Assembly: GCA_965205645.1 (NCBI GenBank)
Contig: OZ242172.1
Span: forward strand, 463,289-527,288
Reading direction: 5' to 3'
From: Bdellovibrionales bacterium
GTDB lineage: Bacteria > Bdellovibrionota > Bdellovibrionia > Bdellovibrionales > UBA1609
DNA length: 64,000 nt
Under the pieces are notes generated by a model. It was not told the DNA's origin. It ran no database searches and saw only the letters and a program-made list of their open reading frames with translations. Below, one piece after another: positions 10,546-21,734 of the stretch (position 1 is the stretch's first letter; each line of letters begins with the position of its first letter). A program made the translations under genes and the position numbers.

Positions 10546-12342
10546 TTAGAAATTGTTTTTTTTGAGTTGTTGATCTAGCAATAGCAAAGGTTTATATCGT
10601 GTGCTAAAATTGTATTCTAGTCCGTAAGTCATATATTGTCTGGCTTCTTTATACATCTTGCGATTCCAATGTACATTAGCGATACCCGCATAAGCAGATA
10701 CAGGATCATTTTGTAATACCAACTGCCAATACCGAATAGCACATTTCAAATCTTGATTTCTTTCACAGAACCGCGCTTGTAATATGTAAGGTAAAAAATA
10801 ATTATAATCTTCATTAGAATCCACAGCATCACTTAAGGTAAAAATAAATTGACGTTTTTTATTATTAAAATTTTTATGATTACTGTCTGCTTGAATAGTG
10901 TATGCATAAATAGATTTAATTAAAGGATCTTCTGGATCCATGGTATGTGCATTTTTAATGTGTTGTTTAGCTAATTGATGTTGGCCGGCTCGGGACAGGC
11001 AATAAGAATAAAATGCAATATAAAATTGGTGATTTTTATTGGATTGGTATACTTTTTTACATAAATTGATCCATTCTGGCCATGTATAAATTCCTGTGTT
11101 AATAAAAAAATCGTAATAGTAATCCTCTGTTAAATAGGGGTTGGCATCTAATAATTTTCGAATGAAAGATAGGGTTTTGTTTGGCAATTTTTCCAAAACG
11201 CTAATATATGTCAGAGCTAGTAAAGCTTCTTGGTAGTAGGCTTGTGGACTTTGGATCATTGTTTGTAGTGTTTCTTTTATTTGGCGGATATGATTTTCAT
11301 TAGCAGACATTGTTGGGTTGGTGGATAAAGTGCATAAAGCGAATACTAAATCCGCTAATGCATTATCCATAGCATGATAAAGCTTTTTATTTTTTATTTG
11401 TGCACAATGGCCTTTTTTTGCATCAAGTAGTATCCAATTCATTTTTGCCGCGTTTAGTATTTCCTTTGATTGAGCGTGATTTGCTAATTGTGTAAAATAT
11501 TTAATGGCAGAATCTTCATCCTGATTTTTTAAATATATTAAGGCTTGAATGATGGTTTTTATTTCTGGATTGGAACTTAATTGTAGTAGTTGTTGTCCTT
11601 TATCTACCTTATTTTGGAATTGCAATTGTGCTATTTTTAAAAGAATATTATCTTCTTTTTTTAACTGGCCCTTTTGCTGTGTGGTTTGCCAGTGCTTGAT
11701 TGCTCTTAAGTAATAACCTGATGCGAAATACATCTGGCCGATTTCTGCGAAATTCGTTTCATTCTTTGTTTCATTGATAGGAATACTTTTTTGATTTTGA
11801 AGGAACCATATATATATACTTCCACCAGTTAATAGCATAATAAATAGACTCCATTTTAAAATGGTATTTTTGTAGGTAGCAGGTTTTGTGGTCGCTGAAA
11901 TAGAAGAGGTAGATTTGTCTTCTATCACCTGGTAAGGCAGTTCAATTTCTTTGTGAGAGGAAGAAACTGTCGACGAAGATTCTGCACTACTAGTGGACGG
12001 ATGGCTAGAAGATGGAGCAGCTGCTTTACCTCCTAGGATTGTTTGTGCAGAAAATGCAAATGTACTAGTGGTAGTGTCAAAAGTAATAGTGCCTGAGGTA
12101 CCGAAAGTAGATAAGGTTTTTGTTAGATTAGTATCTATGACGTTAATTTTCTCTGCCCAAGAGATAAACTCAGAGTAGTTGATGATAAAAATCCAGCAAC
12201 TTTGATCGGGTAAACAAGCCATGGCTGCAGGGGAAATACGGCCAGATTCCAATCTTTCCTGTATTTCATTTTCTGTAAAAGGCCCTGTGATGTGATCATC
12301 ATCTTTTATAAGCCATTTTTTTTGTTTATTCTGATCCAACAT
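10546..12342 (-). CDS. GYF_2-domain membrane protein with TPR-like region
   Basis: N-terminal W..K.....GPFT..EI motif, Ser/Thr linker, one TM, helical TPR-like C-terminus. Confidence 0.6.
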   Translation of the reverse strand: MLDQNKQKKWLIKDDDHITGPFTENEIQERLESGRISPAAMACLPDQSCWIFIINYSEFISWAEKINVIDTNLTKTLSTFGTSGTITFDTTTSTFAFSAQTILGGKAAAPSSSHPSTSSAESSSTVSSSHKEIELPYQVIEDKSTSSISATTKPATYKNTILKWSLFIMLLTGGSIYIWFLQNQKSIPINETKNETNFAEIGQMYFASGYYLRAIKHWQTTQQKGQLKKEDNILLKIAQLQFQNKVDKGQQLLQLSSNPEIKTIIQALIYLKNQDEDSAIKYFTQLANHAQSKEILNAAKMNWILLDAKKGHCAQIKNKKLYHAMDNALADLVFALCTLSTNPTMSANENHIRQIKETLQTMIQSPQAYYQEALLALTYISVLEKLPNKTLSFIRKLLDANPYLTEDYYYDFFINTGIYTWPEWINLCKKVYQSNKNHQFYIAFYSYCLSRAGQHQLAKQHIKNAHTMDPEDPLIKSIYAYTIQADSNHKNFNNKKRQFIFTLSDAVDSNEDYNYFLPYILQARFCERNQDLKCAIRYWQLVLQNDPVSAYAGIANVHWNRKMYKEARQYMTYGLEYNFSTRYKPLLLLDQQLKKNNF

Positions 12343-12393
12343 TTATATATTGTGTGCATTTCAAATGCTCTTTACAAGATATTGACAAGGTGA

Positions 12394-13935
12394 TTAATGT
12401 GAAAAGCATCTTTTTCCAGTTAGAATTATGTTAACTGCAAGCTTTTTAGCGGTTGTTAAAATTTCTATATCACGAATAGAACCTCCAGGTTGAATAATCC
12501 AGCGAATGCCCGCTGCAGCTGCTAGGGTGACGGAATCTGAAAAAGGGAAAAATCCATCGCTAGCCATTACCGGAGATGTGATAGATGGATGGAACTTTTT
12601 CCAAGCTGAGATTGCTTGCTCTATTGCTCTAATGCGGCTGACCTGTCCCATACCAAGGCCTATTGTTTGGTTTTCTGCTGCTAAAGCGATTGCATTGCTT
12701 TTTAAATGAGCACTAATCTTCCATGCTAAGAGTAAATCTGTTTTTACTGCTGCAGAGGGAATAGAACCAATAATTTTCCAATCTTTAGGCCAGGAATGTA
12801 TTATATAAGGTGTTGTTTCCTGCACTAAAAATCCTCCGGCAATAGAGTGCACTGACGCTGTTTCGATTATCGGCTGTTCCGTTTGTATTAAATTTGGCCA
12901 TTCTAGTACTCGGAGATTTTTTTTCTTCTTAAATACAGATAAAGCATCTGGTGAATAAGAGGGAGCGATCACTGCTTCTAAGAAGATAGAGCATAAATGA
13001 TCCGCAATTTTTTGATGGATCGGTTGATTAACAGCTACTACTCCTCCAAATACACTTATTGGATCAGCCTTTAAAGCTTTATTGACAGCTAAATCCATAT
13101 TTAAATCACAAGCTACACCACAGGGATTAGTGTGTTTAATAGCAACACAACAAGGTTCACGGAAGCTTCTAACAACATTAATAGCAGATTCTAGATCCCG
13201 TAGGTTATTAAATGACAATTCTTTTCCTTGATGGATTTTAGCACTATGTAATCCTTCCTTTTGTAATTGAAACCATCCAGCTTGTTGGCCTGGGTTTTCT
13301 CCGTAACGTAACGATTTAATAAACTGGCCAGATAAGTAAAAATCTCCATTTTTTTTCCACGATTTTTCTGTCATTTGCTCAGCAATGCAAGCATTGTAAC
13401 GGGATAATAAAGCAAATGCTTTACCAGCTAGTTGTTTTCTTTTCTCTAAGTCTGGCCGGCCATTTTTTAAAATATCTGTGTAATCTGATGGATCACATAC
13501 CACTGTTACATGTTTAAAATTTTTAGCTCCCGCACGTAGTAAAGTGGGGCCTCCAACATCAATCCATTCAATTAATTCATGGATAGTTTTTTGTTTTCCC
13601 TGGTGATTTCTTTCTTGTGCTTTTTGTTCAAACGGATATAAGTTACATACTAATAGATCAAATCGTGATAGTCCTTCCTGATCCAAGACGTTTTGATCTT
13701 TGTCTCTAGCTAAAAGAGGAATATGAATTCTAGGATGTAGAGATTTAACTCGTCCATCCATTACTTCCGCACAAGCAGTTTGTTCTTTAACTTCTATGAC
13801 TTGAATACCAGCTTGTCTTAATAGTTTAGCTGTACCTCCTGTGGAAACAACACGCATTCCTTGGTTCGCTAAAGGTTGGATCAGATCCACTAAACCTTCC
13901 TTATTAGCTGTGCTGACAAGAGCGTTTTTGAACAT
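12394..13935 (-). CDS. purH: Bifunctional AICAR transformylase/IMP cyclohydrolase
   Basis: STGGTA, GRVKSLHP, NLYPF, IDVGGPT, LRYGENP.Q, KHTNPCG, SDGFFPF, QPGGS, RCFSH. Confidence 0.97.
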   Translation of the reverse strand: MFKNALVSTANKEGLVDLIQPLANQGMRVVSTGGTAKLLRQAGIQVIEVKEQTACAEVMDGRVKSLHPRIHIPLLARDKDQNVLDQEGLSRFDLLVCNLYPFEQKAQERNHQGKQKTIHELIEWIDVGGPTLLRAGAKNFKHVTVVCDPSDYTDILKNGRPDLEKRKQLAGKAFALLSRYNACIAEQMTEKSWKKNGDFYLSGQFIKSLRYGENPGQQAGWFQLQKEGLHSAKIHQGKELSFNNLRDLESAINVVRSFREPCCVAIKHTNPCGVACDLNMDLAVNKALKADPISVFGGVVAVNQPIHQKIADHLCSIFLEAVIAPSYSPDALSVFKKKKNLRVLEWPNLIQTEQPIIETASVHSIAGGFLVQETTPYIIHSWPKDWKIIGSIPSAAVKTDLLLAWKISAHLKSNAIALAAENQTIGLGMGQVSRIRAIEQAISAWKKFHPSITSPVMASDGFFPFSDSVTLAAAAGIRWIIQPGGSIRDIEILTTAKKLAVNIILTGKRCFSH

Positions 13936-13937
13936 AC

Positions 13938-14981
13938 TTAGGTTAAATCCCGTATTAGATGATGGCGGCTATCTGGTACATAAAAATCCGGTTTAAAACC
14001 GGGTGCTGGTGAGGCGACAGCAATAATATTTCCTCCACATTTGCGTGCGGCGAAGGTTAATGCTTTTAAAGCATATCTCAACATATTATCCGCGGATCGA
14101 CCTGTACGAGGATATTCCACTAACCCTAAGCTGACACTTAATCTGTCATGAGTAGGAAATACTTTAGAAAAGTCAGAAGATTGCACAGTCCATCTAATTT
14201 TCTCTGCTTTCATGCCTGCTCCTCTTTCTGAAGTATGTGGTAAGATAATAGCAAGTTGGTTATTAGATAGCATACCAACTGTGTCATAACTTCTAATATC
14301 TCTTAAGATACTCTTTGATAAGGCTTTAATAAACAAATTCACTTGATAAGTGCCGTACGAAGATTCTAATAGTTGTAATTGATCCGCTTGTAGAATGATT
14401 AAACTAACGGGTAACAGTAATCGTCGGGCACGGGATACTTCTCTAAATAAAGTTTGTAAAAATGATTTTTGATTTAAACAACCGGTTACTTCATCTATTT
14501 GACTTTCGTTTTCCCATTTATGAGTCCATAAGAAATTTTTAATGTAGTAATCTAAAATAAAAAAACGATCCGATAGAGTAGTTGTATTGGATAAGCAAGC
14601 AAAGAAACCAGTGACATTATTATTAAATACTAAAGGATAGCATTGATAATTAGTATGTTCTAACTGTCGAATAATCGTTTGATGTACTAAGGGTATTTTT
14701 TCTGGAGTGTATAATTGCATGGGGTGAAAGGATGGATCAGATTCATACAGTCGCAAACAGATAGAGTGTTGATTAAGATGAGCTTTAGCTGTTTCTGTTT
14801 TTTTGATGTGTTCTAAAACTAACCATGAATCTAAGGGAAGATGTTTAAAATATAAAATGGGAACAGGAGCTGTTTTAATGAAAAATTCAATAGCAGATTC
14901 AACGGAGCGATTTTGCTTCAGTTGGGCAATCCATTGAGAGAAAATATATTGTGAAGTAGCTGGTTGTGGTGTGGAAGTCAT
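13938..14981 (-). CDS. Degenerate GGDEF-domain protein with intact RxxD I-site
   Basis: D.VTGCLN...EVSRARR...VSLII; RSYD-TVGML-SNNQL in place of RxxD-x5-GGDEF; SVSLG. Confidence 0.85.
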   Translation of the reverse strand: MTSTPQPATSQYIFSQWIAQLKQNRSVESAIEFFIKTAPVPILYFKHLPLDSWLVLEHIKKTETAKAHLNQHSICLRLYESDPSFHPMQLYTPEKIPLVHQTIIRQLEHTNYQCYPLVFNNNVTGFFACLSNTTTLSDRFFILDYYIKNFLWTHKWENESQIDEVTGCLNQKSFLQTLFREVSRARRLLLPVSLIILQADQLQLLESSYGTYQVNLFIKALSKSILRDIRSYDTVGMLSNNQLAIILPHTSERGAGMKAEKIRWTVQSSDFSKVFPTHDRLSVSLGLVEYPRTGRSADNMLRYALKALTFAARKCGGNIIAVASPAPGFKPDFYVPDSRHHLIRDLT

Positions 14982-16390
14982 GAGCTTACGATCTCACTTG
15001 TTGTCCGTGAGGTCTCCGATTGTTTTTCTTTGTAAATAAAATGTTTTTGAGATGAGTTTTTTAAAGTTTGCACGTGGTCAATATAATCTAATGGGATCAG
15101 TAAAGTCACAGTAAGACCTGTTTTATCTGGAGAGTGAAAGTGCACAATACCTCCTAAGCGAGACAGGGCTTTTTCAACTAAGGTTAACCCCATACCAATA
15201 TAAGATGGTTTGGTAGAAAAATAGGGTTTACAGGCATTCGTGATTGTCTCTGGATCCATGCCAGGGCCTTGATCGATCACTTCACAACAAAACCAATCGT
15301 CTTTTTTAAAAGTGCGAATAGTCATTGGATAGGAATGATTTTTTATTGTTTTAAATGTATCCGATTGAATATTTGTTGTTGTCATTGGACTGACTACTGT
15401 ATGGATAGATTCCGCTGCATTTTTTATTAATTCCCATAACGCTTGAAATAGATTATTTGCAAAAACAGGCAAGGGAATATCTGCAGCTAAATGCATTTGT
15501 ATATTTACCTCTGGGTAGCATAGTTTACTTTGTTGAATCACTTGATGAATGACGTTGGAAAAGTATGTGGTTTTAATATTGGAGGAGGGTTGTGGCTTGT
15601 TGGTAGATAACATGGATGCTAAATGTGGGCGAATAGATTTTAAATAAGGGTTTTGACTGTGTGTCAGCTGACAAAGTGCATCTCTTTTTTCTTTTTGGTT
15701 AAATAAAGTGAATGTGTGCAATATGAAACGGCTAGCTTGGGTGAAAGGTTTCAAACAAAAAAATACACAAAACCATAGGATCATAAAACCGCAGATAAAA
15801 ATACTACCGATAAGTGATAAGTGAGACATTAGTAGTTTCCAAGGTGTTTGTATGGACTGGTTAAGAATAATAAAACTTTTGATTGGATAGGAATTAATGG
15901 GACGAGAGACAATAAGCTGATGAGTGGATTGCAATGGTTGGTCGCTATCAGGAAACCATTTGCTTATCATTCTTGCGAAAATACCACCCGAAGACGCATT
16001 ATTATTTTTTACTATTTTACTCACCGGGTATCCTTCTGGGTATTGGTGAATCATAAAAAATAAAGGCGAGGAAGGAGGTAAAAATTGGTTGATATATTCC
16101 TCTCTGGAATGTGCTAAAATGCGACCGAATTGATTCACTAATACCATAGATGATTCTAATGATTTGTTATATCGTTCAAATATTTTTTCTAAACTGTCAT
16201 TTGACTCAGATAATGTCTGTTTTGAAAAATGATGATTCAGTTGATGCTGTAGTATATTAGCGTGTTTAGCAATATTACTCAGTTGTTGTTGATTGAATTG
16301 CCTACTATCTTGGAGAGCAAGACTCCATGAAAGAATGGCAGTCAAAGCAAACGAGATCGTGAATAAAATGATCGTTAATCGGAAAGTCAC
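14978..16390 (-). CDS. Membrane sensor histidine-kinase-like protein (HATPase intact, H-box degenerate)
   Basis: 2 TM with Cache-like 'LVNQFGRILAHS'; ELIKNA, DQGPGM, PYFSTK, GMGL boxes; no canonical HE/HD-x-x-x-P. Confidence 0.75.
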   Translation of the reverse strand: MTFRLTIILFTISFALTAILSWSLALQDSRQFNQQQLSNIAKHANILQHQLNHHFSKQTLSESNDSLEKIFERYNKSLESSMVLVNQFGRILAHSREEYINQFLPPSSPLFFMIHQYPEGYPVSKIVKNNNASSGGIFARMISKWFPDSDQPLQSTHQLIVSRPINSYPIKSFIILNQSIQTPWKLLMSHLSLIGSIFICGFMILWFCVFFCLKPFTQASRFILHTFTLFNQKEKRDALCQLTHSQNPYLKSIRPHLASMLSTNKPQPSSNIKTTYFSNVIHQVIQQSKLCYPEVNIQMHLAADIPLPVFANNLFQALWELIKNAAESIHTVVSPMTTTNIQSDTFKTIKNHSYPMTIRTFKKDDWFCCEVIDQGPGMDPETITNACKPYFSTKPSYIGMGLTLVEKALSRLGGIVHFHSPDKTGLTVTLLIPLDYIDHVQTLKNSSQKHFIYKEKQSETSRTTSEIVSS

Positions 16391-16399
16391 TCCTATTCC

Positions 16400-16885
16400 T
16401 TATTTGAAATAAAAATCTATCACTTGGTATGTTTTTTCACCTCTGGGATTTTGTAGCTCAAATTCTTCATTTTTTTTCTTACCAATTAGTTGTCGAGCCA
16501 ATGGAGAATTAATAGATATCTTACCTTTGTTAACATCGGATTCATCTTCACCTACAATTTGATAAGTTATTTTTTTACCATCTTCATCCTTTAGATTCAC
16601 ATGGGCACCGAAGGTGATTTTATCTGATTTTATTTTACTGGTGTCCACTACTTCTGCATTGCTTAAGGTGTTACTGAGGTGAGCAATACGGCCTTCAATA
16701 TGACCTTGTTGCTCTTTAGCTGCAGTGTAATCTGCGTTTTCACTTAAATCACCGTGTCCCCTGGCCACTTCAATAGCAGTAATCATTTTTGGCCTTGCCA
16801 CTTCTATCAATCGCTTTAGCTCTATTTCTAATAATAACTTACCTTGTACAGTAATTGGTTTTCTTTTTTCAGACATTTTGAGCAC
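16400..16885 (-). CDS. greA: Transcription elongation factor GreA
   Basis: ARGHGDLSENADY.AAKE.Q...IVGEDE...ISINSPLARQL. Confidence 0.97.
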   Translation of the reverse strand: MLKMSEKRKPITVQGKLLLEIELKRLIEVARPKMITAIEVARGHGDLSENADYTAAKEQQGHIEGRIAHLSNTLSNAEVVDTSKIKSDKITFGAHVNLKDEDGKKITYQIVGEDESDVNKGKISINSPLARQLIGKKKNEEFELQNPRGEKTYQVIDFYFK

Positions 16886-17116
16886 GTTTTCCTTGGTTTT
16901 TTATTAGAAACATTCTTTATAATTATAGAAAACTATTGTCAAAACAAATGGACGATTGTGAAGAGAAATAATAGGTAAGACATAGATAAAAGATATTTTT
17001 ATTGAAAATAAGAGAATGAAGCGGCATAATGAAGCTTAATTTTGATAGTATAATAGTTGTGTAGCAGGCAGAAAAAGCGCTTAAATTTAGTCCTGCTGAA
17101 AAAAATCAAATATTAA

Positions 17117-17686
17117 TTGGTAGGACTCATTGTAATGAAAATTAAATTTCTTCCGCAAAATATTTCTATTGAAGCCGTATCGGGAAAAAGTGTAATGGAA
17201 CAGGCTAAGCAACATAAGTTGCCGGTCAGTTCTTCTTGTAATGGTATGTGTTCTTGCGCAGAATGCCGTGTGTATATTGTAGAAGGAGAATCCCATGTGC
17301 TGCCACCGACAGCTAAAGAAGTGGAGTTAATAGGAGGAGCTTATTTTCTAGATCATCGTCGTTTATCTTGTCAGTTGTTTTGTTTCGGAGATGTCACAGT
17401 GGATCTTTCTGAACAGGTAGAAAGAGTGCAGCATCAAAAAGGTATCACTAAGCAGTTTTTGAAAAAACTTCACAAAGAGGAAGTATCTTCTGTGGGAGGT
17501 GTATTAGTTGAGCAGGATCAGGAGATTCATCAGTTAGCTGCTCAAGATACTACAGATATAAAAGTTAAAAATACAGACTTGTCAGATGATTTTTATAAAA
17601 CAAATCAACATGGTACAGATAATCGGCACCGAAAACGTCATCATCGTCAATCCAGGCACAAGAATTATCGTAAAAATCATCGCTAG
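17117..17686 (+). CDS. 2Fe-2S ferredoxin-domain protein with basic C-terminal tail
   Basis: SSCNGMCSCAEC...RLSCQ; probable start at MKIKF. Confidence 0.9.
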   Translation: MVGLIVMKIKFLPQNISIEAVSGKSVMEQAKQHKLPVSSSCNGMCSCAECRVYIVEGESHVLPPTAKEVELIGGAYFLDHRRLSCQLFCFGDVTVDLSEQVERVQHQKGITKQFLKKLHKEEVSSVGGVLVEQDQEIHQLAAQDTTDIKVKNTDLSDDFYKTNQHGTDNRHRKRHHRQSRHKNYRKNHR

Positions 17687-17749
17687 AATTTAAAGATTAA
17701 AATGTGTCTTCATCATTGTAAATGAGTTAGTTTAGATAGTTGTTTGTTA

Positions 17750-18970
17750 TCACAAGTGCTTTTGTAATTCTTTAGTGATATTTTTTTCTAAAGCTTCATT
17801 TGTGCCACCGCCGATTTCCAATAGTTTTGCGTCTCTCCATAACCGTTCCACTTTATATTCTCCAACATAGCCATAACCACCTAGAACTTGGATAGCTCGG
17901 TCGGCTACTTTTTTTCCCATTTGCGCAGCAATTAACTTTGCAGAATCGCAATTAAGTCTTTGTCCTGCTTTGTCCAGTTTAAGTGTGCTAGCTATATGAT
18001 AGATGTAAGTTCTGCAGGCCATATATTCTGCATAACTTTCTGATAAGTATTTCTGGATTTGTCCATAGTGACGTATTGGTTTTTGAAAAGCGATTCGCTG
18101 GCTGGCATAACGGTTCATTTCTTTTAAACATCTTTTGGCAATTCCTAAACTCATTGCTGCTAAGGATAGTCGTTCAATTTCTAAATTTCTCATCATGTGG
18201 GTTAAGGATTCACCTTCTTTACCAATTAAATGATCGGCTGGGATTTGACAGTCATTAAATACTAGTTCTGCTGTATTAGAGGCACGCATTCCTGTTTTAT
18301 CTTTTATTTTCTGCCCGGCTGTATAGCCTTTAAAACCTTTTCGTACCAAAAATGTGGAAATTTTTTTCTCGTCGGATATCGCGTAGAGCAGTACACAATC
18401 AGCTAACGTGCTTTCGTCGTCTACAATGCCGTTAGTAATCCACATTTTTCTACCATTGAGAATGAACATATTATCTTGTTTTTTCCAGTTGGTTTTCATA
18501 CCGAGTAGGTCGGTGCCAGCATCTGCTTCTGACATGGCCATTGCTCCTATCCATTCTCCGGAGCAGAGTTTAGGTAACCACTTAGTTTTTTGCTCTGTGC
18601 TGGCATTAATAGAAATATTATGTGCACAGAGTATCGTATGAGCTAGATAACTGAGACATAGCCCAGGGTCAGAGCTACTAAGTTCTTCATGGACAATCAT
18701 AGCGGATACAGCGTCCATGCCGCTCCCTCCCCATTTTGGATCTACGGTTAGTCCGAGTAGTCCCAGCTCGCCCATTTTTTTAAATAGTTTTAAGTTGAAT
18801 TTTTCTGCTCGGTCGTGTTGCAGCGCTTGTTTTTCCACTTCTTTTTCCACAAAAGAGGTCATAGTTTGACGTAACAATAAATGGGATTCATCCGGCTGAA
18901 ATAAATCTTGCTTTTGCCGTTCTGGTGAGGAGGTGGCTATTTTTTGGTGTAAAGGAGGTGTTTTGGACAT
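17750..18970 (-). CDS. Acyl-CoA dehydrogenase, isovaleryl-CoA dehydrogenase-like
   Basis: AMSEADAGTD, LNGRKMWITNG, GMRAS.T.EL.F, IQVLGGYGY, RDAKLLEIGGGT. Confidence 0.92.
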   Translation of the reverse strand: MSKTPPLHQKIATSSPERQKQDLFQPDESHLLLRQTMTSFVEKEVEKQALQHDRAEKFNLKLFKKMGELGLLGLTVDPKWGGSGMDAVSAMIVHEELSSSDPGLCLSYLAHTILCAHNISINASTEQKTKWLPKLCSGEWIGAMAMSEADAGTDLLGMKTNWKKQDNMFILNGRKMWITNGIVDDESTLADCVLLYAISDEKKISTFLVRKGFKGYTAGQKIKDKTGMRASNTAELVFNDCQIPADHLIGKEGESLTHMMRNLEIERLSLAAMSLGIAKRCLKEMNRYASQRIAFQKPIRHYGQIQKYLSESYAEYMACRTYIYHIASTLKLDKAGQRLNCDSAKLIAAQMGKKVADRAIQVLGGYGYVGEYKVERLWRDAKLLEIGGGTNEALEKNITKELQKHL

Positions 18971-19256
18971 ATTTTATTTTCTGTCAATTTTTCATTCGTT
19001 TGAAAACCTTATTCCACTATTGTAAAAGCCGTTGGCGAAAAAAGAAAGCTGAAAATATATTGGTCTTTTGGCTGTTTATTTGTTTTTTGCTGGATTTTTA
19101 GATCTTAAGAAAACTTTATTTGATGCCGCTAGTAGAAATATTATGGTAAAATAAATGTCCATATAGCATAAAAGTGGTCAGTAAGTACTTTAGTGTTGAA
19201 AATGTATGTTATTTTCTACTGAACTAAATGTAAAAAGGAAATAAAGGAGACACTTA

Positions 19257-19580
19257 ATGATTAATATTTCTAATTCGGCGGCACAGCAGATTCAGGCTTT
19301 AATACAAAGAGAGCAGAAGAAAAATAATTTTCTGCGTGTGTCAATTAAAGAAGGAGGGTGTTCCGGTTTTTCTTATAAGTTAGATTTTGATGTCATTAAG
19401 GCGAATAATGATAAGATGTTTGAATCTAATGGAGTGCAATTGATCGTGGATACGAAAAGCTTATTATATTTAATGGGAATGACTTTAAATTTTGATGGCG
19501 GCCTAAATGGGAAGGGTTTTACTTTTTCTAATCCAAACGCATCCAAGACTTGTGGTTGTGGTTTTTCTTTTAATGTATAA
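19257..19580 (+). CDS. A-type Fe-S cluster carrier (IscA/HesB family)
   Basis: GGCSGFSY...NPNASKTCGCG.SF. Confidence 0.95.
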   Translation: MINISNSAAQQIQALIQREQKKNNFLRVSIKEGGCSGFSYKLDFDVIKANNDKMFESNGVQLIVDTKSLLYLMGMTLNFDGGLNGKGFTFSNPNASKTCGCGFSFNV

Positions 19581-19601
19581 TTTTACAAAAAATCAAAAAT
19601 C

Positions 19602-20360
19602 ATGCAGTTAAAATTAAAAATCTGGAGACAAAAAAATAAAGCTGCTGCTGGTTTTTTTGTGGGTTATTTTCTAAAGGGACTTTCTCCGGATATGTCTTTT
19701 TTGGAAATGTTGGATCAGCTGAATGAAGAGTTGATTTTAAACGGGCAAGAACCGGTGGTATTTGACAGTGATTGCCGAGAGGGTATTTGTGGTGCTTGCT
19801 CTATGGTGATTAATGGTAATCCTCATGGTCCGCACAGCGGCTTTGCTGCTTGTCAATTACATTTACGTTCCTTTAAAGATCAAGAAGAAATTTGTATAGA
19901 ACCATTTCGAGCAAGAGCTTTTCCCATTATTCAGGATCTCATGGTAGATCGTTCAGCCCTGGATCGTATTATTGCTGCGGGTGGATATATTTCTGTGAAT
20001 ACCGGTTCTGCACCGGAAGCACATAGCATGCTTGTTAATAAATCAGATTCCGATCAGGCATTTGCTAATGCGGCTTGTATTGGCTGTGGGGCTTGTGTAG
20101 CTGTTTGTAAAAATGCTTCTGCTTCTTTATTTACTGCGGCCAAGATTTCTCATCTATCTTTGATGCCACAAGGGCAAATAGAGCAAAAAGATCGTGCGCG
20201 TAAGATGGTTGAACAAATGGATCAAGAAGGCTTTGGTGCATGTACCAATACAGGGGCTTGTTCTCGTGCCTGTCCAAAGGAAATTTCCTTAAGTGCTATT
20301 GTTCGTATGAATAAAGAATATCTAAAAGCGCAATTCAATCCCTATAGTGATGAATCCTAA
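19602..20360 (+). CDS. sdhB: Succinate dehydrogenase/fumarate reductase iron-sulfur subunit
   Basis: [33 protein letters not shown]. Confidence 0.93.
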   Translation: MQLKLKIWRQKNKAAAGFFVGYFLKGLSPDMSFLEMLDQLNEELILNGQEPVVFDSDCREGICGACSMVINGNPHGPHSGFAACQLHLRSFKDQEEICIEPFRARAFPIIQDLMVDRSALDRIIAAGGYISVNTGSAPEAHSMLVNKSDSDQAFANAACIGCGACVAVCKNASASLFTAAKISHLSLMPQGQIEQKDRARKMVEQMDQEGFGACTNTGACSRACPKEISLSAIVRMNKEYLKAQFNPYSDES

Positions 20361-20433
20361 TTTCTAATAATCTCTTATCATTAGGAGCTTGTAAATAGAT
20401 TTTAAAAAAATATTTTGTCTCACCACTTTTTTT

Positions 20434-21552
20434 CTATTTAAATAAATTTAAGTATTCTTGTAAAACAAATAATCTATTTCTTGAAAACCCTGTTAACTCT
20501 TTTAAAAAACCAAAATCTTGAAACTTGTGTATCAATCTACTGGTAGGGTCATGACTCATCTGTAAATACTTAGCTGCTTGAGGGATTGAAATAATTGGAT
20601 TAGAAAAAAGAAATAATAGTAATTTTTTACCAGATTCAGTTCTTCTATTAAGAGTTATAATTCTGTTTTCATATCTTTCTCTTAACTTTATAATAGACTG
20701 TAAAGTTTGCTTTCCTTTTTCAGCTGTTTCAATAACACCTGATAGGAAAAATTTTATCCACTGATTTAGATCATTTGAATTCCTGACAACAGTCAATGAG
20801 TCATAATAGGAACCTTTATTTCTTTCAAAAAAATCAGATAAACATAAACAAGGTTTTTTCAATATATTGGAATCAATCAGTTGTAATATAATAAGAAGCC
20901 TACCTATACGACCATTTCCATCTAAAAAAGGATGAATCGTTTCAAATTGATAGTGGCTTATAGCTATTTTCACCAGAATAGGAATATTTAGATTTCTATT
21001 ATGCCAAAATTTCTCAAAATCTGTTAGTAAAGCAGGAAGATCATTTTGGTGAGGAGGAATAAAGAAAGCATCTTTTAAACTAGATCCGCCAATCCAGTTC
21101 TGACTACGTCTAATGTCTCCTGGTAACTTTTTTTCCCCTCTTACACCAGACAATAAGTATTTATGGGTTTCCTTTAAAAGCCTGAGAGATAAAGGAAGAT
21201 TACTCAATTCTCTAATAGCATAATTTATAGCTGTTACATAATTTTGAACCTCAGACCAGTCATCACGTTTTTCAGGTTTTACTTCATTTTCTGGAAGGAC
21301 AGCATCATCAATCCCTGTTTTTGTACCTTCAATTCTACTAGATGTTGTAGCTTCTTTTCGAATATGCATTTTAATAAAAAAATCTACATTAGGAACAAGA
21401 GTTGCATAAGCATTTAACTCTCCCAAATATCCTCTAGCTTTCTCTAATAAGAGGGTGATTTTATTATCTAATAAATCATAGGTTTTATTGATAAAAGATG
21501 GAGCAAAGCTTTTATACTCAAGTTGTCGTTTGTATTTTCCAGCTATAAACAT
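20434..21552 (-). CDS. Fic family protein (class II, N-terminal inhibitory helix) with C-terminal HTH
   Basis: [12 protein letters not shown] catalytic motif; SSRIEG inhibitory motif; C-terminal [11 protein letters not shown]. Confidence 0.93.
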   Translation of the reverse strand: MFIAGKYKRQLEYKSFAPSFINKTYDLLDNKITLLLEKARGYLGELNAYATLVPNVDFFIKMHIRKEATTSSRIEGTKTGIDDAVLPENEVKPEKRDDWSEVQNYVTAINYAIRELSNLPLSLRLLKETHKYLLSGVRGEKKLPGDIRRSQNWIGGSSLKDAFFIPPHQNDLPALLTDFEKFWHNRNLNIPILVKIAISHYQFETIHPFLDGNGRIGRLLIILQLIDSNILKKPCLCLSDFFERNKGSYYDSLTVVRNSNDLNQWIKFFLSGVIETAEKGKQTLQSIIKLRERYENRIITLNRRTESGKKLLLFLFSNPIISIPQAAKYLQMSHDPTSRLIHKFQDFGFLKELTGFSRNRLFVLQEYLNLFK

Positions 21553-21734
21553 AATTTTTCCTGATTTTAATTAATATCTGTTAGTTAATGATTAAAAGTA
21601 AGAATATAAAAATATTTATTCATGTTTTATATCATAAATATGAATAAAAATAAATCATATTCATATTTTATTAGCAATTAATATAGAAAATAGCTCAAAT
21701 CGTGTGTTTTGACTTATTTTAACATAATGAAGAC

